This document shows positions 27,001-39,200 of a stretch of DNA of 64,000 nt, in pieces (the first letter of the stretch is position 1; every line of letters starts with the position of its first letter). Below the pieces are notes generated by a model, which made no database searches, had not been told where the DNA came from, and saw only the letters and a program-made list of their open reading frames with translations. Source of the stretch: Isurus oxyrinchus (taxonomy: Eukaryota); the NCBI GenBank assembly GCA_026770705.1, contig JANJGN010000016.1, forward strand, positions 86,862,001-86,926,000, given 5' to 3'. The translations under genes were made by a program, and so were the position numbers.

Positions 27001-29645
27001 GGGGGCATGGGTGTTGCTGGGGTGAGGGTTTGAGTGATGCCAGGGGTGTGGGAGTGGGTGATGCCGGCGGTGGAGGTGTGGGTGATGCCGGGGGTGGGGG
27101 GGGTGATGCCGTGGGTGAGGGGGTATGTGATGCCCCGGGTGAGGGGGTGTGTGATGCCGGGAATGGGATGGTGGGTGATGCTGGGAGTGGGGGAGTGGGT
27201 GATGCTGGTGGGGTGGGGTGTTTGTTGAAGCCAGTGATGAGGTGGTGTGTGATGTTGGGTGTGGGGCTGGTGGGTGTTGCCTGGGGTGAGGGGTTGGGTG
27301 ATGCCGGGGGTGGGGGGAGTGGTGATGCCTTGTATGGGGGGGTGGGTAATGCCGGTGGTGAGGGTTTGTGTGATGCTGGGGGTGGGTGATGCCGTAGGTG
27401 GTGGTGTGTGATGCCGGGGGTGAGGGGATGGTTGATGCCGAGGATGGTGGTGTTGGTGATGGCGGGGTCAGGGGGTGGGTGATGCTGTTGGTGGGGGTGT
27501 AGTTAGGTGATGCCAGGGGCTGTGGGTGGGGTGGTTGATGCCAGGGATGGTGGGGTGGGTGATGCCAGGAGTGGGTGATCCCTGGGTTGGTGGGGTGGGT
27601 GATGCCGGGAGTGTGGGTGGGGGTTTGTGGGTGATGCCGGTGGTGGTGTTGTGGGTGATGCCAGGAGTGGGGGGGCAGAGTGGGTGATGCCAGTGTTGGG
27701 AGTGTGGGTGCTGCTGGCGGTGAGGGGGTGGGTGATGCGGAGGGTGGGGCTGGTGGGTGATGCCAGGTGTAGTGGGGGTGGATGATGCCAGGGTGGGTGA
27801 TGGCAGTGTTTAGGGTGTGGGTGATGCTAGGGGTGGGGGGGATTTATGATGCCAGGAATGGGGTCATGGGTGAAGCCAGGTGTTAAGGGGTGTGTGATGC
27901 TGGGGGTGGGGTGGTGGGTGTTGCCAGGGGTGGGGCGATGGGTCATGCTGCGGGTGGGTGATTCTGGTGCTGGGGGTGGGGTTGGGTGTTGCCAGGGTTG
28001 GGGGGGGGGTGGTGATGTGGGGCCTGAGATAGTGGGTGATGCCAAGGGTTGGTGGGGTGTGTGATGCTGGGAGTGAGGGGGAGGGTGATGCCGGAGTAGG
28101 GGGCGTGGATGATGCCGGGAGTGGGGTTGGGTTTTGTGGGTGATGCCGGTGTTGAGGGCTTGGCTGATGCCGGGGATGTAGGGGTTGGGTGATGCCAGGG
28201 GTGGGGGGTGTGGGTGATGCCGGGGATGGGGGAATAGGTGAGGCTGGGGGTGTAGGGGGTGGGTGATGCCAGGGTTGTGGGCGTGGGTGATGCCTGGGAT
28301 AAGGGGGGATGGGTGATGCCGGGGGTGGGGGCATGGTTGATGTCGAGGGTGGGGGTGTTGGTGATGGCGGGGATGGTGGGTGAGGGACCCGTGGGTGGGG
28401 GGTTTGTATGATGCTGGGGGTGATGGAGTGGGTAATGCCATAGATGGTGTGTTAGATTTTGCCAGGTTTGGGGCAGTGGGTGAGGATGGGCGTGAGGGGT
28501 TGGGTGATGCCGGGGTAGGGTGTGTGGTTGTTGCCACGAGTGGGGGTGGGCCTGGGGGTTTTGGGTAATGCCGGTGGTGGTGGGGTGGGTGATGCCAGTG
28601 TTGGGGGTGTGGGTGTTGCTGGCAGTGAGGGTGTGGGTGATGCCGGGGGTAGGGGGGGTGGATTATTCCGGGGATGGGTGATGGCAGTGTTTGGGGGGTG
28701 GGTGATGCTGGGGATGGAGGGGATTTATGATGCCGGGAGTGGGGTGGTGGGTGATGCCAGGGTTGTGGGGTGTTGGGTGAAGCCAGGGGTCAGGGGTTGT
28801 GTGATGCCGAGGGTGGGGTTGGTGGGTGTTGCTGGAGGTGGGTGGGTGTTGCCGGGGGTGAATGATGCCGGAGGTTGGGGGTGTTGGTGATGCCGGGGGT
28901 GGGGAAATTGGTCATGCCAGGGGTGGGTGATGCCGGCAGTGGGGTGGGTGATGATGCCGGGGCTGAGATGGTGGGTGATGCCGCGGGTGACATGGTTGGT
29001 GATGCCGGGGGTGGGATGGGGGGGTGATGCCGGAGGTGAAGGTGTGGGTAATGCCGGGAGTGAGGTGGTGTGTGATGCCAGGTATGGGATGGTGGGTAAT
29101 GTCGGGGCTGCGGCGTTGGGTGATGCCTGGTGTGAGGGGGTGTGTGATGCCAGGGGTGAGGTTTTGGGTGGGTGATGCCATGGGTGGGGGTGTGGGTGAT
29201 GCCGGGGGATGGGCGGTGGGTGATGCTGGGTCTAAGGGTGTGGGTGATGCCGGGGGTGGTGCTGTGGGTGATGCCGGGTGTTGGGGGCTGGGTGATGCCG
29301 GGGGTGGGGGTGTGGGTGATGCCAGGGGTGAAGGGGTGGGAGATGCCGCGGGTGAGGGGCTGGTTGATGCCGGGTGTGGGGTTGTGGGTGATGCCGGGAG
29401 TGAGGGCCTGGGTGATGCCGATGGTGGGGGTGTGGGTGAGGCCGGGGGTGATGGTTGGGTGATGCCGGGGGTGGTGGGGTGGGTGATGCCGGGGGTGGTG
29501 GGGTGGGTGATGCCAGGGGTGAAGGGGGTGGGTGATGACGGGGGTGGTGGGGTGGGTGATGCCGGGGGTGGTGGGGTGGGTGATGCCGGGGGTGAGGGGG
29601 TGGGTGATGACGGGGATGGGGAATGTGGGTGATGCCGGGGGTGTT
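1..29645. repeat. G-rich satellite 1: degenerate tandem array, core GGGTGATGC(C/T)(G/A)GGG, monomer mostly 21-24 bp, with higher-order duplications; extends past the left window edge
   Basis: TGATGCC/TGATGCT core recurs throughout. 24-bp period is clear at 18336-18410 and 29160-29640 (minus-strand ORFs read as PPPASPTP, 8 aa). Extreme G+T bias on + strand. Confidence 0.97.
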
Positions 29646-31329
29646 GGAAGCTGGTCTCAGGGTAAAACCTGAGCACCACCATTTCCCAAAGTGACCCAGT
29701 GACCCGGGTGAATAATTAGGTCTGAAAACAATGGCCAGGGGAGGGGTCAGAGGGCGTGTGGGAGGAGCCAACGACTGCACTTTTGGGCTGATTGACGGGT
29801 CTCCCGAATAATGAGCCATTCAGGACATGGAGAGCAAGGCTCTGCTTGGACATGTTAGCTAGATTCAAACACCAATTGGAGGATTTGGGCTTGTTCCGAA
29901 ATCTCTCATTTGATGGGGAATCTAAAAGGTTAAAATGTGAATTGCTAATTAGCATTAATAGGAAAATATAAGTGGAAAGAGCAACTTGACATAAAAAATT
30001 GAGGAATATGGCTGCAGGATTTGGATTCTAGCCACAGAGCCAGCTAATACAGAAGAGCTTGAGGTAGTTTACAGCTGGAAGCGTGTCATACAGCTGGGCT
30101 TTCTCTAGACAGGAACAAGTGTTTTCCGAAATAACCTCACATGTGATAAGAAATGTGTTTTCCTGAAGAAACAAAGCAGAACGGAAGCTGGATTTTAATT
30201 CAGCTGAACTTTCTCCTCAAAAAGACGCATGTCCAGCAGACAAAGGAAGCTTGTTTCACATCTGCAGACACTGTCTTTAAAATAACCCCATCAGACTTAG
30301 GTCAGTCGGCCATCTTCGGACATAAAGGGTCAAAGTTCAATTTTGAGAATCCCCCTGGGTTGAGACAGAGAAACATCAACATTCAATAAAACCATCTGGA
30401 ATTCATGAGTAAATATCTTTCTTCATTGTTACTGTTTGTTTGAGTTTTCCAACAATATTTGCTGATAAGGTGGATTTATAAATTTCATGTATTTAAGACG
30501 ACATTATTGATGTGATGCTTAGCTTTGGTTATCATTTATAACTTCAAGTATAAGCTATCACCTATAATGGGCTTCAATAAAATGTATATGTTCTTGAAGC
30601 ATATAGAACATGTAATCTGAAATATTTCTTACCTCCAGAATCCACATAAATTCACAACTCTAGAAGTCTTTGTCAGATTTCTAGGAGCTGATATTGGAAA
30701 ACATTGAAAACGCTGGTTGACTAAGACAGGCCTCAATGTATGTCCCATCCTCAGACTATTTTGTGGGCTTGGAGACTCCTGGAGGAGAGGACTTGTATTT
30801 GAGGCCCAGTCTCAGACTATTACTTTAATGCTTAGAATCTCTTTTAGTCGAGGCTTTAAGCTAACAATAAGTTGAAGGAAGTTGGCTTAACTTGCCGGAG
30901 GGTAAAGAGAGTGGAACCATGAACAGGCACCTTCACCCATGGTGCACATTCCTCTGAGAACCAATGAAGGATTGACGCCATGATTGGATTAGGTTCCAAT
31001 GACCCTTTGCCCCTCTCGTAGGAAAGTGCAAAGCTCAGAAGGATCCAACTGTAAATGGGCTACGTCCAAAGTGCATATGCCTCATGCCCCAAAGACCTCC
31101 AGGCCTCGCAGCTGATAGGTTCAGGCTTGGCACATCTTCCTGATCCATGTTATTCCAGTAGAGTAAGTTCGGGCTGTGCTCTAATCCAAAGGATTGAGTT
31201 TGACAGGGCCCTAACTCACGCTGATATCACCTTCCAGCACTCATTCAGATCCAACCCCCTTTGTGAAAGCTCTGTCATGGCTGGGGTTTTAGTGGGGGTG
31301 GGGGAAGGGTGGGTGGTCCTACCGGTGAC

Positions 31330-31571
31330 CGTTAAGGCAGAGCTAGAGTCCATTATTAAGGAAGAAATAGCAGGACATTTAGACAAGCTTAAAGCAATCA
31401 AACAGAGACAACATGGTTTTGTGAAGGGAAATCAGGTTTGACAAATTCGCTAGAGTTCTTTGAGGTTGTAACAAGCAGAGTTGATAAGGGGAAACCGGTA
31501 GATGTCGTGTATTTGGATTTGCAGGAGGCATTTGATAAGGTGTCACATAAAAGGTCATTGCACATGATAGG
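31330..31571 (+). mobile_element. CR1-clade LINE reverse transcriptase fragment (decayed)
   Basis: Translates as LESIIKEEIAGHLDK...QHGFVKG / TNSLEFFEVVTSRVDKGKPVDVVYLDLQEAFDKVSH (typical CR1 RT motifs) with a frameshift. Confidence 0.85.
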
Positions 31572-32185
31572 AGTAACACACCCACACTCAGAGACACACA
31601 CCTACAGGCAGTACTGGGTAACACACCCACTCTCAGAGACACACACCTACAGGCAGTACTGGGTAACACACTCACACACAGAGACACACACCTACAGACA
31701 GTACTGGGTAACACACCCACACTCAGAGACACACACCTACAGGCAGTACTGGGTAACAGTCACACCCACACTCAGAGACACACACCTACAGACAGTACTG
31801 GGTAGCACACCCACACTCAGAGACACACACCTACAGATAGTACTGGGTAACACACCCACACACAGAGACACACACCTACAGGCAGTACTGGGTAACACAC
31901 TCACACACAGAGACACACACCTACAGACAGTACTGGGTCATAGTCACATGCACACACAGAGACACACACCTACAGACAGTACTGGGTAACACACCCACAC
32001 TCAGAGACACACACCTACAGGCAGTACTGGGTAACACACCCACACACAGAGACACACACCTATAGACAGTACTGGGTAACACACCCACACTCAGACACAC
32101 ACCTACAGACAGTACTGGGTAACACACCCACACTCAGAGACACACACCTACAGACAGTACTGGGTCATAGTCACACGCACACACA
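31572..32185. repeat. 45-bp minisatellite (GGGTAACACACCCACACTCAGAGACACACACCTACAGACAGTACT), about 13 copies
   Basis: Direct tandem copies; 15-aa period ETHTYRQYWVTHPHS in ORF 31438..31989. Confidence 0.95.
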
Positions 32186-32844
32186 GGGTCATGTACATTG
32201 TGATATCCTGACTGCTCCTCTCTGTAATCTGAGTCCTCACTCGGGTCAGTTTTGTGCTGTTATCATGAACCCCGGGTTAAGGAGAGAGAAATGAACATTG
32301 TGACTGTGTCCTCGAGACCTGAGATTTCCCCGAGCTCATTTCAGGCATTACCCAGCAGTCAGCACAGAGTGCACAGCATGATCCCACCAGCTGGAACAAC
32401 TCCAGTGTTCCGAGTGAAGAGTGAATGCCCAACTACAAATTCTATTTATGGTAAATTTTGATAATTCTCCTAATGTTTAGGGTTTGTTGTTGGTCTGTAA
32501 CATCAATGGATTTTATTGTTGAGCACATTTTAAATTGAATGGTTCAGGCTGAATTTCTGTTGGTGAGACACTCGGCAGTCAAGGCTGTTGGGGTACGTTA
32601 CAGGGAGACAGTTACTGGTGGGAAAATACACTTCATTGTTTTCTGACTTTCCGTTGCCTCAGAGTCTGGATTCAGCAGCCCCAGGTTTGAAGGAATGGTT
32701 AAAAAGTTCACAGTGAAATGTAAACTCTGGTCTCCCAGGAAACAAGGGATGGACATTTGTCTTTAGCCCACATGGCTCTCCTTCCAGAGGTGGGGTCACA
32801 CGAGGTGATTCACAGCCTAAACCAATGGAAAAGGTGAATTTATA

Positions 32845-33370
32845 ATCTACAAGGCAGAGTCAGGAGTTTGATGGAAGACTCTCCACTTGCCTGGATGATT
32901 GGAACTCCAACAATACTCAAGAAGCTGGACTCCATCCCAGACAAAGCAGCCGCCTGATTGGCACCCCTTCCACAAACATTCACTCCCTCCAACACCGACG
33001 CACAGTAGCAGCAGTGTGTACCATCTACAAGATGCACTGCAGAAACTCACCAAGGCTCCATGAGCAGCACCTTCCAAACCCATGACCATCTAGAAGGACA
33101 TGAGCACCAGATAGATGGGCGCATCACCATCTGGAAGTTCCCCTACAAGTCGCTCGCCATCCTGACTTGGAAATATATCACCGTTCCTTCACTGTCGCTG
33201 GGTCAAATTCCTGGAACTCCCTCCCTAACAGCACTGTGGGTGTACCTACACCACAGGGACTGAAGCAGTTCAAGACGGCAGCTCACCACCACCTTCTCAA
33301 GGGGCAATTAGGGATGGGCAATAAGAGCTCACCTGATCAGGGACACCCACATCTCGTAAAAGAATGAAGA
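32845..33370 (+). mobile_element. CR1/L2-group LINE 3' end (RT C-terminus plus 3' tail), same family as 49950-50935
   Basis: IYKAESGV..SPLAW..PTILKKLDSIPDKAA-like text, SWNSLPNS motif, tail CAAGGGGCAATTAGGGATGGGCAATAA; 32845-32930 visibly matches 50845-50930. Confidence 0.75.
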
Positions 33371-33894
33371 AATATTTGGAATATTTCCAAATAAGGGAAT
33401 GCGGAATAATGAGGAGTGGGGATAAAAGTTGGAAAATTGAAATTGTTGTTAGCCCAGTGTTTCCATGGTTTCTGGGGTCTGACACAGTCCAACATCACTT
33501 CAAAGACAGAGAAGGGAAAGACATCGCCTGTCCTGGCAACGCTCAAGGACTCCTAGGAACTGGAGGGAGAAGAGATTTCCATGTTGTCTTCACTGTGTTT
33601 TTGTAAAGTTTACATAAATCTTGCTTAATAAATTTGAAGTGATACATAAATACTAATTATTCATCCCTCCTTAGGCCTGGCACAACTGAGGACACACGTG
33701 TTAGAAATTAAGCATTCGGAACTTAGGAATTTTAATGAGAAGGATTTTATTCCTCAAAACCCTTAAATCTTCCATTATAAAGTTCCTTTAACATGAAATG
33801 TCACACAGGAGCTTTAGAAAACAAAATATGTCACCGAGACAAATAAGGAGATGTTGGTCCAGATGACTAAAAGATTGGTCAAAGAGGGTGGATC

Positions 33895-34653
33895 GGGCCC
33901 AGATTTTCACTAAGTGCTGGAGTGGGTGGGAAAAAGGACGTTTTACCCTCTGGCTGCATTGGCGGTTTTTCACACTGTATCGTCCCCTTCCCGGCACATC
34001 CCGGCTCAGGAACAGCGTATTCTCGGGAAACATCGGGCCTCTGGTGGAGCGGCCTCTGATTCGCCTGATCTACCATCACCTCAGGCCTTCAGTAATCCGG
34101 CCGCCATATTTAAAGGCTGCCCCTGCACAGAGCTCGCACTCTTCACGGGATAGGAAGCTGCTGGGAACTGATGGCTGCTAAAGGGAGGAAACATGCTGCC
34201 CCCAAATTTACTGACACTTCCCTTGAGAACCTACTGGACACAGTGGAGGCCCAACATGATGCCCTTTACCCCTCCTCTGGAGAAGACCAGTGAGCAAGCT
34301 CTCCAATCCAGCATGGGAGGTGGTAGCAGCGGTGGTCAGTGCCAATGCCCTGCAAAAGAGGACAGCAACCCAGTGCCACAAGAGGATGAATAATCTCCTC
34401 CGTTCCGCCAGGGTATGTTCCTCTTCTCATCACTCTCAACTCACACACTCACAAACCCATCACACACCCACAGGGCCCTCACTCACTGCCTGTTCAAGGG
34501 ACATCACCATTCAGTCTCTCACACTCACCGTCATTGTCCTCATCCTGTCCATGGCACCACTCACCACCCACACAGACCTTATCATCTGACCTGGCAGGCA
34601 TTCTGCTAACATTCTCTCTATCTCAATCTATGCAGGACCTACTGGTACACAAG
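33895..34653 (+). mobile_element. PIF/Harbinger-like DNA transposon left arm with decayed Myb/SANT-like gene
   Basis: TIR-like GGCCCAGATTTTC (33896-33908) and TATTTAAA (34107-34114). ATG 34171 gives MAAKGRKHAAPKFTDTSLENLLDTVEAQHDALYP, then a frameshift into RRPVSKLSNPAWEVVAAVVSANALQKRTATQCHKRMNNLLRSAR (trihelix/MSANTD-type pattern). Donor AGG|GTATGT at 34412/34413, acceptor TGCAG| at 34635; exon 2 is cut by Penelope. Confidence 0.7.
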
Positions 34654-35895
34654 CCTCTGACATGTCTTCCTTCTTCCTTAACCAAGGTTTTCCACACACA
34701 GTGGTTGACAGGGCCCTCAACCGTGTCCGGCCCATCTCCTGCACATCCGCCCTCACGCCTTCTCCTCCCTCCCAGAAACATGATAGGGTCCACCTTGTCC
34801 ACACTTATCACCCCACCAGCCTCCGCATTCAAAGGATCATCCTCCGCAATTTCCACCAACTCCAGCACCTAACACATCTTCCCTTCACCCCCCCCACCAT
34901 GGCGGCATTCCGTAGGGATCATTCCCTCTGGGACACCCTGGTCCACTTTTCCATCACCCCCAACACCTCAATCCCCCCACACAGCACCTTCTCATGCAAC
35001 CACAGAAGGTGCAACACCTGCCCCTTTACTTCCCCCCTCCTCACTGTCCAAGGGCCCAAACATTCCTTTCAAGTGAAGCACATTTCACTTGCACTTCCCT
35101 CAATTTGGTCTCCTGCATTCGCTGCTCCCAATGCGGTCTCCTCTACATTGGAGAGACCAAACGCAGACTGGGTGACCACTTTGCAGAACACCTTCAGTCT
35201 GTCAGCAGACATGACCCAGACCTCCCTGTCGCTTGCCATTTCAACATACCACCCTGCTCTCATGTCCACATGTCCATCCTTGGCTTGCTGCAATGTTCCA
35301 GTGACGCTCATTGCAAACTGGAGGAACAGCACCTCGTCTTCCGACCAGGCACTTTACAGCCTTTCGGACTGAATATTGAGTTCAACAATTTCAGATCATG
35401 AACTCTCTCCTCCATCCCCACCCCCTTTCCGACCCCCCTTTTTCCAATAATTTATAATTTAAAAAAGTTTATATTTTTCTTTTCCCACCTATTTTTAAAT
35501 TTATTTCGATCTATTGTTTTATCTCCACCTTTGAGCCCATTTCCATCCCCTCCCCACACCCCACCCCCACTAGGGCCATCTGCCACTAGCTTGTCCTGCT
35601 TGCTACTCTTAATGTCCCCATTAGCACATTCCTTAGGTAATAACACCAACATCAACCCCCCTTTGTCCTTTTGTCTATGACATCTTTGGCAATCTCTTCT
35701 TTGCCTCCGCCTATCACTGGCCCCCTATCCAGCTCTACCTGTGCCCCCCACCCCCCTCTACCAGCTTATATTTCACCTCATTTCTCTATTTCGTTAGCTC
35801 TGATGAAGAGTCATGTGGACTTGAAACGTTAACTGTATTCCTCTCTGCAGATGCTGTCAGACCTGCTGAGTTTTTCCAGGAATTAATGTTTTTGT
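34654..35895 (+). mobile_element. Penelope-like retroelement, 5'-truncated (RT C-terminus, GIY-YIG endonuclease, 3' pLTR)
   Basis: SSFFLNQGFP..VVDRAL..TYHPTS followed by NLVSCIRCSQCGLLYIGETKRRLGDHFAEHL...VACHFN...LEEQHLVFRPGTLQPFGLN (GIY-YIG), frameshifted; stop near 35401. Confidence 0.9.
35796..35834 (+). ncRNA. Minimal type I hammerhead ribozyme motif in Penelope 3' end
   Basis: CTGATGA (35800-35806), stem II GAGTC/GACTT, GAAA (35823-35826), palindromic AACGTT; stem I AGCT/AACT has one mismatch. Confidence 0.65.
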
Positions 35896-35904
35896 CCCTT
35901 GTGT

Positions 35905-36228
35905 CTTAACTGGCCTATAATTTCTATGCCTTCGTGACTCACTTGCTCTCTCTTCGAAATTTGGCTGTGCATCTCCCCTTGCTGAATCTAATCTCAGGAT
36001 CCCAACCCCCTGCCAAGTTAGTTTAAACTCTCCCCAACAGCACTAGCAAAACCCCCGCAAGGATGTTGGACCCATTTCGGTTCAGGTGCAACCCATCCAC
36101 CTTGTTACAGGTCCCATCGCCCCCAGAAACCGTCCCAATGTCCCATAAATCTAAAACCCTCCCTCCTGCTCCACCTCTCCATCCACACGTTCATCTGGAC
36201 TAACCTCCTATTTCTATACTCACCTGCG
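35905..36228 (-). mobile_element. CR1 ORF1 (SGNH esterase-like) fragment
   Basis: Minus strand reads NVWMERWSRREGFRFMGHWDGFWGRWDL..., homologous to + strand 57248-57420 (WLERQCRRDGFSFLGHWDWFYRRWDLYKPDGLHL). Confidence 0.75.
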
Positions 36229-36230
36229 CT

Positions 36231-39200
36231 GTAGAGTGTCAAGTAAGTGTGCGAGGGTGTAGAGTGTCAAGTAAGTGGGTGAGTGGATAGAGTGTCAGGT
36301 AAATGGGTGAGGGGGTAAAGTGTCAAGTAGGTGGGTGAGAGGGTAGAGTGTCAGGTAAGTTTGTGAGGGGGTAGAGTGTCAAGTAAGTGGGTGAGGGGGT
36401 AGAGTGGCAGGTAAGTGGGTGAAGGGACAGAGTGTCAGGTAAGTGGGTGAGGGGGTGAAATGTTAAGCAAGCGGGTGAAGGGGCAGAGTGTCAGGTAATT
36501 GGGCGAGGGGGTAGAGTCCCAGGTAAGTGGGCGAGGGGTTAGAGTGTCAGGTGGGTGGGGGAGGGGGTAGAATGTAAGGTGGGTGGGTGCGGGTGTAGTG
36601 TATCTAGCAAGTGGGTGAGGGCGTAGCAGGACAGGCAACTGGGTGGGGGGGTAGTATGTCAGGCAAGTGGGTGAGGGGGTAGATTGTCAGGAACGAAGGT
36701 GAGGGTGTACTGTGTCAGGTAAGCTGCTGAGGGGGTAGGGTGTCAGGCAAGTGGGTGAGGTGGAAGAGTAACAGACAAGTTGGTGAGTAAGTAGGGTGGC
36801 AGGCAAGTGAAAGATGAGGTAGAGTGTCAGGCAATTGGTGAGGGGGTGGAGTGTCAGGAAAGTGGGTGAGGGGGTAGATTATCAGGTAAGTGGGTGAGGG
36901 GGTATATGTCAAGTACATTTATGAGGAAGTAGTGTGTCAGGAAAGTGGGCGAGGGGGTAGATTATCAGGTAAGTGGGTGAGGGGGTAGAATGTCAGGCAA
37001 GTGGATGAGGCAGTAGGGTGGCAGGAATGTGGATCAGGTGGTGGGGTGGCAGGCAAGTGGGAGAGGGGGCAGAGTGTCAGGACATTGGGTTAGGTTGTAG
37101 GGTGGCTGGCAAATGGTTGAGAGGGTCGTGTGTCAGGTAAGTGTGTGAGGGGGTATGTTGACAGGTAAGTTTGTGATGGGGTAGTGTAGCAGGCAAGTGG
37201 GTGAATGGATAGATTGTCAGGCAGATAGGTGAGGGGGTAGATTTTCAGGTAAGTGGGTGATAGGGTCGGGTGACAGGAAAGTGTGTGACGGGGTAGTGTG
37301 TCTCGATAAGTATGCGAGGGTGTAGGGCGGCATGAATGTGGGTGAGGGGGTAGAGTGTCAAGTAAGTGGTGAGGGATTAGAGTGTCAGGCAAGTGAGCAA
37401 GGGGGTAGAGAGTCAGACAAGTGGGAGGGAGGGATGAGTGTCAGGTAAGTGGGCAAGGGGGTAGAGTTTCAGGCAAGTGGGTAAGTGGGTAATGTTCAGG
37501 GAAGTGTGTGAAGGAGTAGCGTGTCAGGTTAGGGAGTGACGGGCTAGTGTGTCAGGTAAGTGGGTGAGGCGATAGGATGGCAGGCAAGTGGGTGAGGGGT
37601 TAAAGTTTCAGGAAAGTGGGTGAGGGTGTAGGGTGGGTGACAAGTGGTTGAGTGGGTAGGGTGTCAGGCAAGAGGGGGAGGGGGTAGAGTGTCAGGCAAG
37701 TGGTGAAGGGGTTAGAGTTTCAGGTAAGTGGGTGAGGGGGTAGTGAGTTAGGTAAGTGGATGAGTGGGGAGGGTGTCAGGTAATTGGGTGAGCGGGTAGT
37801 GTGTCAGGAAGTTGAGTGAGTGGGTAAGGTGACAGGTGAGTTAGCCAGGGGGTGGGGTGGCAGGCAAGTGGCTGAGTAGGTAGAGTGTAAAGCAAGTGGG
37901 CGAGGGGTTAGATTGTCAGGTAAGTGGGTGAGGAGGTAAAGTGTAAGTTTAATAAGTGAGTTGTTAGTGTGTCAGGTAAGTGGTTGAAGTGGTAGAGTGT
38001 CAGGTAAGAGGATGAGGGGGTAGAGTGTCAGGTAAGTGGTTGAAGTGGTAGAGTGTCAGGTAAGAGGATGAGGGGGTAGAGTATCAGGTATGTGGGTGAT
38101 GGGTAGGGTGACAGGCCATTGGGTGATGGGGTAGATTGTCAGGCAAGTGGATGAGGTAGTAGGGTGGCAGGAAAGTGGGTGAGGTGGTAGAGTGTCAGCT
38201 AAGAGAATGAGGGTGTAGAGTATCAGGTACATGGGTGAGGGGGTAGAGTGACAGGCAAGTGGCGAGGGGGTAAATTGTCAGATAAGTGGGTGAGGGGGTA
38301 AATTGTCAGATAAGTGGGTGAGGGTGTAGAGTGTCAGGTAGGTGGATGATAGGTAGGGTGGCAGGCCTTTGGGGGAGGGGGTAGAATGTCAGGCAAGTGG
38401 ATGAGGCAGTAGGGGACAGGAAAGTGGATGAGGGGGTTGGGTGGCAGGCAAGTGGATGGGGGGCATAGGGTGGCAGGCAAGTGGCAGAGGGGTAGAGTGT
38501 CAGGAAATTGTGTTAGGTTGTACGGTGGCTGGCAAGTGGTTGAGGGGGTAGGGTGGCATTCAAATGGGTGAGGGGGTTGAGTGTCCGGTAATTGGTTGAG
38601 AGGTTAAGAGTCAGACAATTGGGTGATTGGGTAGAGTGCCAGGTGGGTGGTTGAGGGGGTAGAGTGTCAGGTAGCTGGATGAGGGGGTAGGGCGACAGGA
38701 AAATTGGTGAGGGGGTAGAATGTCAGGCAAGTATGTGAGGAGATAGAGTATCAGGTAAGTGGGTGAGGCAAAAGGGTGGCAGGCAAGTGGGCAAGGGGTA
38801 GGGTGTCAGGTACTTGGGTGAGGGGCATGGTATCAGGTAAGTGGGTGAGGGGGTAGGGTGCCAGGTACTTGGGTAAGGGGCATGCTGTCAGGTAAGTGGG
38901 TGAGGGGGTAGGGTGCCAGGTACTTGGGTGAGGGGCATGGTGTCAGGTAAGTGCGTGAGAGGGTTCAGTGGAAGGCAAGTGGAATAGGGGATAGAGTGTC
39001 AGGTAAGTGGTTGAGGGGTTAGGGTGGCAGGCAAGTGGGTCAGGGGAAATTATGGCAGGCAAGTGTGGGAGGGGGTAGTGTGTCAGGTGGGTGGGTGAGA
39101 GGGGAGGGTGACAGGCAATTTGGTGAGTGGGTAGTGTGTCAGGTAATTGGGTGAGTGTGGAGAGTGTCAGGTAAATGGGTGAGGGTTAGGTTGGCAAGCA

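Noticed and set aside
71-29819. Long Pro/His/Thr-rich (up to 728 aa) and Gly/Val-rich ORFs suggesting extensin- or mucin-like genes
   Set aside because: Arise in several frames and both strands from a stop-poor satellite with 21/24-bp monomers; no splice or promoter structure.
31438-31989. 183-aa RT-repeat fusion protein
   Set aside because: Decayed CR1 fragment running into an in-frame 45-bp minisatellite.
32252-32461. 69-aa ORF ending near a donor-like ATG|GTAAAT
   Set aside because: No recognisable domain or convincing acceptor.
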